From the NCBI RefSeq assembly GCF_000006765.1, contig NC_002516.2: a stretch of DNA of 64,000 nucleotides, one strand, 5' to 3'. How positions within the stretch are numbered: the stretch's first letter is position 1; every line of letters starts with the position of its first letter. The stretch comes from Pseudomonas aeruginosa PAO1. Its GTDB lineage: Bacteria; Pseudomonadota; Gammaproteobacteria; Pseudomonadales; Pseudomonadaceae. Below, in pieces: positions 56,661-64,000 of the stretch. The position numbers and the translations under genes are program-made. The notes beneath the pieces are model-generated. The model made no database searches, was not told where the DNA came from, and saw only the letters and a program-made list of their open reading frames with translations.

Positions 56661-57305
56661 TCATGCTGTGCGCCGCAGTATCAGCAGATGCCGCTGACCT
56701 TGGCAACCGGGTACCGCCAGCGCGTGCTCGGCTTCGACCCGGAAATCCTCCGGGAGTGCCGCCAGCTCTTCGTTCGGATGCACGCCCTTCATCGCCAGCC
56801 AGCGGGTTTCCTGGCCACCGAGGTGGCGGGTCCAGTTGGCGAAGTCCTCCAGGCTGCTGAAAGCGCGGGAAACGATGCCATCGAAGGGGCTCTCGGGACG
56901 GAAGGCTTCCACCCGGCTGTGCACGACTTCGAGGTTGGCCAGCTTCAGTTCGAGCTTCACCTGGGTCAGGAAGCGGGTCTTCTTGCCGTTGCTGTCGAGC
57001 AGGGTCAGGCGCTTTTCCGGGAACAGAATGGCCAGCGGCACGCCGGGCATGCCGCCGCCGCTGCCGACATCCAGCCAGTTATCCCCAGCCTCGGCATAAG
57101 GCACGATGCTCAGGCTGTCGAGCAGGTGGCGCGAAACCATCTCGTCCGGGTCGCGTACGGCGGTCAGGTTGTAGGCCTTGTTCCATTTGATCAGCAGGGC
57201 CAGGTAGGCCAGCAGCTGGCGTTGCTTGTCGGCGTCGAGGGCGACGCCTAGCTCGTCAGCACCGCGCGCGAGTTCGTCGGCGTGGTGTTGGGTTACCGCA
57301 GACAT
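56661..57305 (-). CDS. rsmG: 16S rRNA m7G527 methyltransferase (GidB)
   Basis: [22 protein letters not shown]. Confidence 0.96.
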   Translation of the reverse strand: MSAVTQHHADELARGADELGVALDADKQRQLLAYLALLIKWNKAYNLTAVRDPDEMVSRHLLDSLSIVPYAEAGDNWLDVGSGGGMPGVPLAILFPEKRLTLLDSNGKKTRFLTQVKLELKLANLEVVHSRVEAFRPESPFDGIVSRAFSSLEDFANWTRHLGGQETRWLAMKGVHPNEELAALPEDFRVEAEHALAVPGCQGQRHLLILRRTA

Positions 57306-59197
57306 CAAGCGCTCTGCTCCAGTTGGCGGCCAGAGGCACGCTTCTTCAGGTGGATCAACAACAGCGAAATCGCAGCCGGCGTGACGCCGGGGATCCGCGA
57401 AGCCTGTCCGAGGGTTTCCGGACGGGCCTGGTTCAGCTTGTTCTGGATTTCCTTCGACAGGCCGGAAATCCCCAGGTAATCGATATCCACAGGCAGGCGG
57501 GTATCTTCGCTGGCGCGCAGACGGGAGATTTCCTCCTGCTGGCGGTCGATGTAGCCGGCGTACTTGGTGCGAATCTCCACCTGCTCGGCCACCTGGGGGT
57601 TATCCACAGCGTTGCCGGTGATCTCCACCAGGCCGGCGTAATCGATCTCGGGGCGGCTCAGCAGGTTGAGCAGATTGTATTCATGGGTCAGCGGCGTACC
57701 GAAGCGCTCGGCGATGGCGTCGCCCTGCGGGGTATTCGGCCGCACCCAGGTGCTCTTCAGCCGCTGTTCCTCGCGTTCGATACCTTCGCGCTTGGCTTCG
57801 AAGGCAGCCCAGCGCCGATCGTCGACAAGGCCCAGCTCGCGTCCCTTCTCGGTGAGACGCAGGTCGGCGTTGTCCTCGCGGAGGATCAGGCGGTATTCCG
57901 CCCGCGAGGTGAACATGCGGTACGGCTCCTGGGTGCCGAGCGTGATCAGGTCGTCCACCAGCACGCCGATGTAGGCCTCGTCGCGGCGCGGGCACCAGCT
58001 GTCCTTGCCTTGCGAACGCAACGCAGCATTGGCGCCGGCCAGCAGGCCCTGGGCGCCAGCTTCCTCGTAGCCGGTGGTGCCGTTGATCTGGCCGGCGAAG
58101 AACAGGCCGCCGATGACCTTGGTCTCCAGGCTGTACCTGAGATCGCGGGGATCGAAGAAGTCGTACTCGATCGCATAGCCCGGCCGCACGATGTGGGCGT
58201 TTTCCATGCCACGGATGGAACGCACGATCTGCAGTTGCACGTCGAACGGCAGGGACGTGGAAATGCCGTTGGGATACAGCTCGTGGGTCGTCAGGCCTTC
58301 CGGCTCGAGGAAGACCTGATGGCTTTCCTTATCGGCGAAGCGATGGATCTTGTCTTCGATCGAAGGGCAGTAGCGCGGGCCGATGCCTTCGATCACACCG
58401 GAATACATCGGCGAACGATCGAGATTGGCGGCGATGATCTCGTGGGTCCGGGCGTTGGTATGGGTGATCCAGCAACTGACCTGCTCGGGATGCTGTTCCT
58501 TCGAACCGAGGAAGGACATCACCGGGATCGGCGTGTCGCCCGGCTGCTCGGTCATCACCGAGAAGTCCACGCTGCGCCCGTCGATCCGCGGCGGCGTACC
58601 GGTCTTCAGCCGGCCGACCCGCAGCGGCAATTCACGCAGACGACGCGCCAGTGCGATGGACGGCGGGTCGCCGGCGCGTCCGCCTGAGTAGTTCTCCAGG
58701 CCGATGTGGATAAGTCCGCCGAGGAAGGTGCCGGTAGTCAGGACCACGTTGTCGGCATGGAAGCGCAGTCCCATCTGGGTCACTACGCCGCGGACCTGAT
58801 CCTGCTCGACGATCAGGTCGTCGCAGGCCTGCTGGAATATCCACAGGTTCGGCTGGTTTTCCAGTGTATGGCGGATAGCGGCCTTATAGAGCACGCGATC
58901 GGCTTGTGCACGAGTGGCGCGCACTGCCGGCCCCTTGCGACTGTTAAGGATGCGGAACTGGATACCGCCCTTGTCGGTGGCTTCGGCCATGGCGCCGCCA
59001 AGGGCGTCGATTTCCTTGACCAGATGGCTCTTGCCGATGCCGCCGATGGCGGGGTTGCAGCTCATCTGCCCCAGGGTTTCCACATTGTGGGTCAACAGCA
59101 GGGTTTTCACACCCATGCGCGCAGCCGCGAGTGCGGCTTCGGTGCCTGCATGGCCACCGCCGATCACGATTACGTCAAAACGGGTAGGGAAATCCAC
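57305..59197 (-). CDS. mnmG: tRNA U34 modification enzyme (GidA)
   Basis: [36 protein letters not shown]. Confidence 0.98.
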   Translation of the reverse strand: MDFPTRFDVIVIGGGHAGTEAALAAARMGVKTLLLTHNVETLGQMSCNPAIGGIGKSHLVKEIDALGGAMAEATDKGGIQFRILNSRKGPAVRATRAQADRVLYKAAIRHTLENQPNLWIFQQACDDLIVEQDQVRGVVTQMGLRFHADNVVLTTGTFLGGLIHIGLENYSGGRAGDPPSIALARRLRELPLRVGRLKTGTPPRIDGRSVDFSVMTEQPGDTPIPVMSFLGSKEQHPEQVSCWITHTNARTHEIIAANLDRSPMYSGVIEGIGPRYCPSIEDKIHRFADKESHQVFLEPEGLTTHELYPNGISTSLPFDVQLQIVRSIRGMENAHIVRPGYAIEYDFFDPRDLRYSLETKVIGGLFFAGQINGTTGYEEAGAQGLLAGANAALRSQGKDSWCPRRDEAYIGVLVDDLITLGTQEPYRMFTSRAEYRLILREDNADLRLTEKGRELGLVDDRRWAAFEAKREGIEREEQRLKSTWVRPNTPQGDAIAERFGTPLTHEYNLLNLLSRPEIDYAGLVEITGNAVDNPQVAEQVEIRTKYAGYIDRQQEEISRLRASEDTRLPVDIDYLGISGLSKEIQNKLNQARPETLGQASRIPGVTPAAISLLLIHLKKRASGRQLEQSA

Positions 59198-59329
59198 CAC
59201 GCACCTCGGCCTGTTCAGAAGCAGGAATTCAGGAAAGCCGGACAGTATAAGGATTTAGCGAACCTGAATGAAGACTCCTGGACAAAAAATAGCCAATCCA
59301 GATCGAGGGAGCAAAACGGCTCGGCGGGC

Positions 59330-59600
59330 TTACAAAAAATAAAAGGAAAGGAATGTTTATATCTTTTTAGAACTTGTGTTTATTACTTAGCAGCGGCTTT
59401 TCTGTTGATAAGTACGTCGAGCCCAGTAAAGACATAGCCTGTAGCGAATGATAAGGCTGTCCCAAACCCTATCTGGGCCCTGTTGATAAGCGTTTTTTAG
59501 CTGTGGATGGAATGGCTCGTTATCAACATGTGGAGTTATGCACAGAGCTTCGGCGGGTTTATCTACCCTCCTGTCCCTGGGGTTTTCCACAGGTTTCAGG
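59330..59600. other. oriCII-like element: AT-rich unwinding tract plus DnaA-box cluster
   Basis: AT-rich 59331-59400; boxes at 59403, 59481, 59520 (TTATCAACA type), 59536 (TTATGCACA), 59583 (TTTTCCACA); position upstream of gidA. Confidence 0.75.
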
Positions 59601-59670
59601 CGAGCGTATCCGGGCCGTGGCAGGACCGCAGCCAGGTAGGAAGAAGGAGATGGAAAGGCGTGGGAAAGGC

Positions 59671-60054
59671 TCAGTCGTTGCCGCTTTCCAGCGTATCGAT
59701 GGATGACGACAGGCGCTCGAAGCGGCGCTTGGCGGAGACCTGGAAATCCCGCTCGGAGCCCTCGTTAGCGGGTTTGCGCAGCAGTAGCCGAGCACTGAGC
59801 CCGCTAGTGCGGTCGTAACTGCCGAACCAGTCGATCATCTGTCCGACCTGGCATTCGCCGCCGAGCCACACCGCCAGGTTGGCTACGATCTCCATGCTGT
59901 AGTGTCCGAGTGCTCGCCGTGGGACGCCTTGGGAGCCGAAGGCGAGGGCCCCGCCTGGCCGGTATCGACGGAGTCCAGGGTCTGCAACAGCTCTTTTCGC
60001 AGAATCTCTTCCAGGCTTGTGGATAAACCGCTTACCGGGTTGACTTGCGTGCAC
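59671..60054 (-). CDS. Orphan hypothetical protein (127 aa from GTG; PA5566-like)
   Basis: Open frame with a protein-like C-half (HYSMEIVANLAVWLGG...); start uncertain. Confidence 0.45.
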   Translation of the reverse strand: MHASQPGKRFIHKPGRDSAKRAVADPGLRRYRPGGALAFGSQGVPRRALGHYSMEIVANLAVWLGGECQVGQMIDWFGSYDRTSGLSARLLLRKPANEGSERDFQVSAKRRFERLSSSIDTLESGND

Positions 60055-60389
60055 GGAACGTCCCGGCGCGTGGCGATAGCGCCAGGCGAGACAACGGGAT
60101 AGATACGCCGTTCGAGAGGGGCGAGCAGATAGAGATTGACCACAGCGCAGCGCCTTCGCGGACGCCGGATCGGAGCGCGGTGCCTGTGCATAAACCTCTC
60201 CCAGGTGGATATCCATCCCATGCAGACCGACATCGGCGCAGATGGTTTTCTCGGGGACGAAGCGGCGCGCCGGCAATCCATGCCTGCGTGGTTGAGTGCC
60301 GGCGGCAAGGGGCACAGTGAAAGGAAAGTACGCAGAACCGGAGCGAACCTTGCCCTGGTTATCCACAACTCGGCGTGGGCCGAGCCCCA

Positions 60390-61757
60390 TTACTTGCCGA
60401 TGCAGAAACTCGAGAAGATGCGACCCAGCAGGTCGTCGGGGGTGAATGCGCCGGTGATTTCGCCCAGGTGCTGCTGGGCCTGGCGCAGATCCTCGGCCAG
60501 CAGTTCGCCGGCGCCATTGTGGATAAGTTGGCTGTGGCCATGCTCCAGCGCCTGCCCTGCCAGGCGTAGCGCTTCCAAGTGGCGCCGGCGGGCGCTGAAA
60601 CCGCTTTCCGCGGTCTGTTCGAAGCCCATGCAGGCCTTCAGGTGTTCGCGCAGCAGCTCCAGGCCGGCGCCGGTGCGCGCCGAGAGGGTGATGGTGACGT
60701 GGCCGTCCGCGCTTTCCTCGAGGCCAATGGACTCTGTGGACAAATCCGCCTTGTTGCGGATCAGGGTGACCTTGCCCGGTTCCGGTCGCTGGTCGAGAAA
60801 CTCCGGCCATAGGGAAAACGGGTCCGCTGCTTCCGGGGCGGTGGCGTCCACCACCAGCAGCACGCGATCGGCTTCGCCGATGGCTTTCAGCGCACGTTCC
60901 ACGCCGATCTTTTCCACATGGTCCTCGGTATCCCGCAGGCCTGCGGTGTCCACCACATGCAGGGGCATGCCATCGATGTGGATATGTTCGCGCAGTACAT
61001 CGCGGGTGGTGCCGGCTATGTCCGTGACGATGGCCGCCTCGCGACCGGCCAGGGCATTCAGCAGGCTGGACTTGCCGGCATTCGGTCGTCCGGCGATGAC
61101 CACGGTCATGCCGTCGCGCAGCAGGGCGCCTTGGGAAGCTTCGCGCTGCACTGTGGATAATTCTGTGCGTACTTTTTCCAGAAGCCCCAGTACATGGCCA
61201 TCGGCGAGGAAGTCGATTTCTTCCTCGGGGAAGTCGATGGCGGCTTCGACATAGATGCGCAGGGAAATCAGTTGCTCGGTCAATGCATGTACCCGGCGCG
61301 AGAATTCGCCCTGCAGGGAACGCAATGCATTGCGCGCGGCCTGCTCCGAGCTGGCCTCGATCAGATCGGCGATGGCTTCGGCCTGGGCCAGGTCGAGCTT
61401 GTCGTTGAGGAACGCGCGCTCGCTGAACTCGCCCGGTCGCGCCTGGCGGGCGCCCAGTTCCAGACAACGCTGCACCAGCAGGTCGAGTACCACGGGGCCG
61501 CCGTGCCCCTGTAGTTCGAGTACGTCTTCGCCGGTGAACGAGTTCGGGCCGGGGAAATACAGTGACAGGCCTTCGTCGATCACCTGCCCACCGGCATCGA
61601 GGAACGGTCCGTAATGCGCATGCCGGGCTTTCAGCTGGCGTCCGCTCACGGCCACGGCCATCTGTCCGGCGAGAGGTCCGGAGACGCGGACGATTCCCAC
61701 GCCGCCGCGGCCCTGGGCGGTAGCGATCGCGACGATGGTTTCGGTGGCGGCTTGCAT
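60390..61757 (-). CDS. mnmE: tRNA modification GTPase (TrmE)
   Basis: [21 protein letters not shown]; GGAG RBS before ATG 61757. Confidence 0.98.
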   Translation of the reverse strand: MQAATETIVAIATAQGRGGVGIVRVSGPLAGQMAVAVSGRQLKARHAHYGPFLDAGGQVIDEGLSLYFPGPNSFTGEDVLELQGHGGPVVLDLLVQRCLELGARQARPGEFSERAFLNDKLDLAQAEAIADLIEASSEQAARNALRSLQGEFSRRVHALTEQLISLRIYVEAAIDFPEEEIDFLADGHVLGLLEKVRTELSTVQREASQGALLRDGMTVVIAGRPNAGKSSLLNALAGREAAIVTDIAGTTRDVLREHIHIDGMPLHVVDTAGLRDTEDHVEKIGVERALKAIGEADRVLLVVDATAPEAADPFSLWPEFLDQRPEPGKVTLIRNKADLSTESIGLEESADGHVTITLSARTGAGLELLREHLKACMGFEQTAESGFSARRRHLEALRLAGQALEHGHSQLIHNGAGELLAEDLRQAQQHLGEITGAFTPDDLLGRIFSSFCIGK

Positions 61758-61775
61758 GTGGATATCTCCGGATAG

Positions 61776-61802
61776 CAAGACGCCCCTCGAGGGGGCGTCT
61801 TG
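61776..61802. other. Stem-loop between yidC and mnmE
   Basis: CAAGACGCCCC-TCGA(G)-GGGGCGTCTTG; no U-tract on the - strand. Confidence 0.55.
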
Positions 61803-61827
61803 TTGTGGACAGTTTTCGCGATAGACG

Positions 61828-63564
61828 TCAGGCGGTCTTCGCGGCTGCCTCGATCTTGCGGGTAATGTACCACTGCTGTGCGATCGACAGGCAGTTGTTG
61901 ACTACCCAGTACAGCACCAGACCGGCTGGGAACCAGAGGAAGAAGAAGGTGAAGATGATCGGCATCAGTTTCATCACCTTGGCCTGCATCGGGTCTGGCG
62001 GGGTCGGGTTGAGCATCTGCTGGATCAGCATGGTGCCGCCCATGACGATCGGCAGGATGAAGAACGGATCCTTCACCGACAGGTCGGTGATCCAGCCGAG
62101 CCACGGCGCCTGGCGCATTTCCACGCTTTCCAGGAGTACCCAGTAGAGGGAGAGGAAGACCGGCATCTGGACCAGGATCGGCAGGCAGCCGCCCAGCGGA
62201 TTGATCTTCTCCTTCTTGTACAGCTCCATCATCGCCTGGGACATCTTCTGCCGATCGTCGCCGTGCTGTTCCTTGATCGCCTGCATCTTCGGCGACACCG
62301 CGCGCATGCGCGCCATCGAACGGTAGCTGGCGGCGGACAACGGGAAGAAGGCCAGCTTGATCAGGACGGTCAGGGCGATGATCGACCAGCCCCAGTTGCC
62401 GATCAGGCTGTGGATATGTTGCAGCAGCCAGAAGATCGGCTGGGCGATGAACCAAAGGAAACCGTAGTCGACGGTCAGTTCCAGGCCCGGGGAGAGTTCC
62501 TTCAGGTGCTTCTGGAGTTTCGGGCCGGCATACAGGGTCAGGTCGGTTTCCACCTTGCTACCCGCCGGAACGCTCAGGGTCGGGCCGGTGAAACCGACGA
62601 TGTAGTTGCCCTGGCCGTCCTTGCGGGTCATGACCTGGTGCTGCTCGCCCTTGGTCGGAACCCAGGCGGTCACGAAGTAGTGTTGCAGCCAGGCGACCCA
62701 GCCACCCTGCACGGACTCCTTGAACTGTTCCTTGTCCATGTCCTTGGTGGAGATCTTCTTGTACGGCGAATCCGGGGTCCAGACCGCGGCGCCGAGGTAG
62801 GTGGACACCCCGGTGGCGGTGGTCGAGGACGGGTCGGCGCTGCCGTCGCGCTTGAGCTGGGCGAACAGGTTGCCGCTCCAGGTCTTGCCGCTCTGGTTGT
62901 CGATCAGGTAGCTGACGCCGACCTGATAGGCGTTTTCATTGATGCACTCGATCTTCTTCTGGGCCTTTTCCTTGTCCGAGCAATCGGCTTTCAGGCCACG
63001 GTGGAAGGTGAAGCGCTTGATGTAGTTGACACCGTCGTGGCTGAAGCTCAGGTCCACGACCAGTTCGTTCTGGCCGTCGGCCAACTGGTAGCTGCTCTGC
63101 GCACTGCGGAACAGTGGGCGGCCGGCGCTGCTGGCGTCCGGGCCGTCGGCACCGGTGAGACCGCTCTGCGCCAGGTAGGTACGTTCGCGACCGTTGTCGA
63201 ACAGCGGGAACGGCACGTCCGGACGGTCCAGGCGGCGCGGATACTGCAACAGGCCGAGCTGGACGATATCGCCGCCACGGGGATCGATGGCCAGGTCGAG
63301 GACGTCGGTCTTCACCTGGATCAGCTTGTCGCTGACCGCAACCGGCTTGTCGGCGGCTTCGCTGCCGGCCGCGCTGCTCTGGGCAGTGGGAACGTCACTG
63401 CTGGTGCCCGAGGCGGACGGAGTGTCCGGCAGGCCTTGCGTGGTGTTCATCGAAGCGCTGGCGGCGGGCAGCTCAGGCTGACCGTAATCCTTGTTCCACT
63501 GGAGAACCAGCAGGTAGGACACGACTGCAAGGGCGACGATGAGAATCGAGCGTTGAATGTCCAT
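61828..63564 (-). CDS. yidC: Membrane protein insertase
   Basis: N-terminal TM, periplasmic domain, [15 protein letters not shown]. Confidence 0.98.
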   Translation of the reverse strand: MDIQRSILIVALAVVSYLLVLQWNKDYGQPELPAASASMNTTQGLPDTPSASGTSSDVPTAQSSAAGSEAADKPVAVSDKLIQVKTDVLDLAIDPRGGDIVQLGLLQYPRRLDRPDVPFPLFDNGRERTYLAQSGLTGADGPDASSAGRPLFRSAQSSYQLADGQNELVVDLSFSHDGVNYIKRFTFHRGLKADCSDKEKAQKKIECINENAYQVGVSYLIDNQSGKTWSGNLFAQLKRDGSADPSSTTATGVSTYLGAAVWTPDSPYKKISTKDMDKEQFKESVQGGWVAWLQHYFVTAWVPTKGEQHQVMTRKDGQGNYIVGFTGPTLSVPAGSKVETDLTLYAGPKLQKHLKELSPGLELTVDYGFLWFIAQPIFWLLQHIHSLIGNWGWSIIALTVLIKLAFFPLSAASYRSMARMRAVSPKMQAIKEQHGDDRQKMSQAMMELYKKEKINPLGGCLPILVQMPVFLSLYWVLLESVEMRQAPWLGWITDLSVKDPFFILPIVMGGTMLIQQMLNPTPPDPMQAKVMKLMPIIFTFFFLWFPAGLVLYWVVNNCLSIAQQWYITRKIEAAAKTA

Positions 63565-63566
63565 GG

Positions 63567-63812
63567 TTACTCGGCCATCGAGAAAGGGCGGTGCTTGAAG
63601 GAAACTGACAGTAGCAGATCGCGGCTACGGGATTGCCAGTGATGGAGCCGAGTGGAGGAAACCGCACTCGGGCGACCATTGCGTCGCGGGCCATGCTGCG
63701 CGATAGCCTCGTACGCTAGGGAAGTACAACTTGGCTGGGAACGACGGTGCCGGGTCATCGAAGGGGGGATGACACTACAGGGATCGGGATGCGCGGGCAT
63801 CGACCTATGCAT
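63567..63812 (-). pseudogene. yidD: Degenerate yidD relic, ORF still open (81 aa)
   Basis: Canonical rnpA-yidD-yidC slot; retains PSC, AYEAI, HG, RxHxW and terminal SMAE but lacks CRF/RCHP cysteines and GG-DP. Confidence 0.7.
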
Positions 63813-64000
63813 GAGTACCGTCGGCCACGCCAGGGGCGTCAGCAGGGCTTTCCGTGCGAGGTCGATTGCGCAACAGGCGTTTCCAGAGCTTGCCGAACTG
63901 CTGGTGCAGCTCCGGATTTTCCAGTTCGCCCAGGCCTTTGCGCGCGATCACCACGATATCCCAGCCAGCCAGGGTTTCCTGGTTATGGCGGAACGATTCG
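63805..64000 (-). CDS. rnpA: RNase P protein, 3' part (5'-truncated by window edge)
   Basis: [22 protein letters not shown]...GTHA*; overlaps the yidD start. Confidence 0.93.

Noticed and set aside
54900-59600. parS sites near parAB
   Set aside because: No TGTTTCACGTGAAACA-like 16-mer seen. Scattered GTTCCAC half-sites (e.g. 24678, 49988) occur at about chance frequency.
59671-61467. 598-aa ORF overlapping mnmE in an alternative frame
   Set aside because: The mnmE-overlapping part is Arg/Pro/Gly-rich off-frame text; only the last 127 codons are plausible.

Overview
Core-genome segment of a Pseudomonas aeruginosa chromosome immediately left of the replication origin. Gene order matches my recollection of PAO1 PA5508-PA5569; locus tags are from memory, not from a search. 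Contents: gamma-glutamylation (pauA-type) clusters, mifSR, poxAB (OXA-50 family), pdxY, several transporters, tonB1, the Zur-controlled zinc-starvation cluster (COG0523 GTPases, dksA2, amiA, folE2, gamma-CA, pyrQ), a TAXI-TRAP system, glmU-glmR-glmS with an empty attTn7, the atp operon, parAB, rsmG-mnmG, an oriCII-like element, mnmE, yidC and the 3' end of rnpA. I found no IS, prophage, CRISPR, tRNA or rRNA. The main signal the gene list does not explain is a second code layer of DnaA boxes. By manual scan there are 23 perfect TTATCCACA/TGTGGATAA 9-mers (about 0.1 expected by chance) plus over 20 near-consensus copies. Nineteen of the 23 are inside coding sequences, often using rare codons. 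Seventeen lie in a dispersed field at 7.5-35.8 kb, none in the 21.7-kb atp/glm/par block, and six around oriCII. Also notable: a frameshifted COG0523 gene, a decayed but still-open yidD relic, and candidate operators (twin GntR palindromes, a GlmR inverted repeat, Zur, Fur and sigma54 sites).
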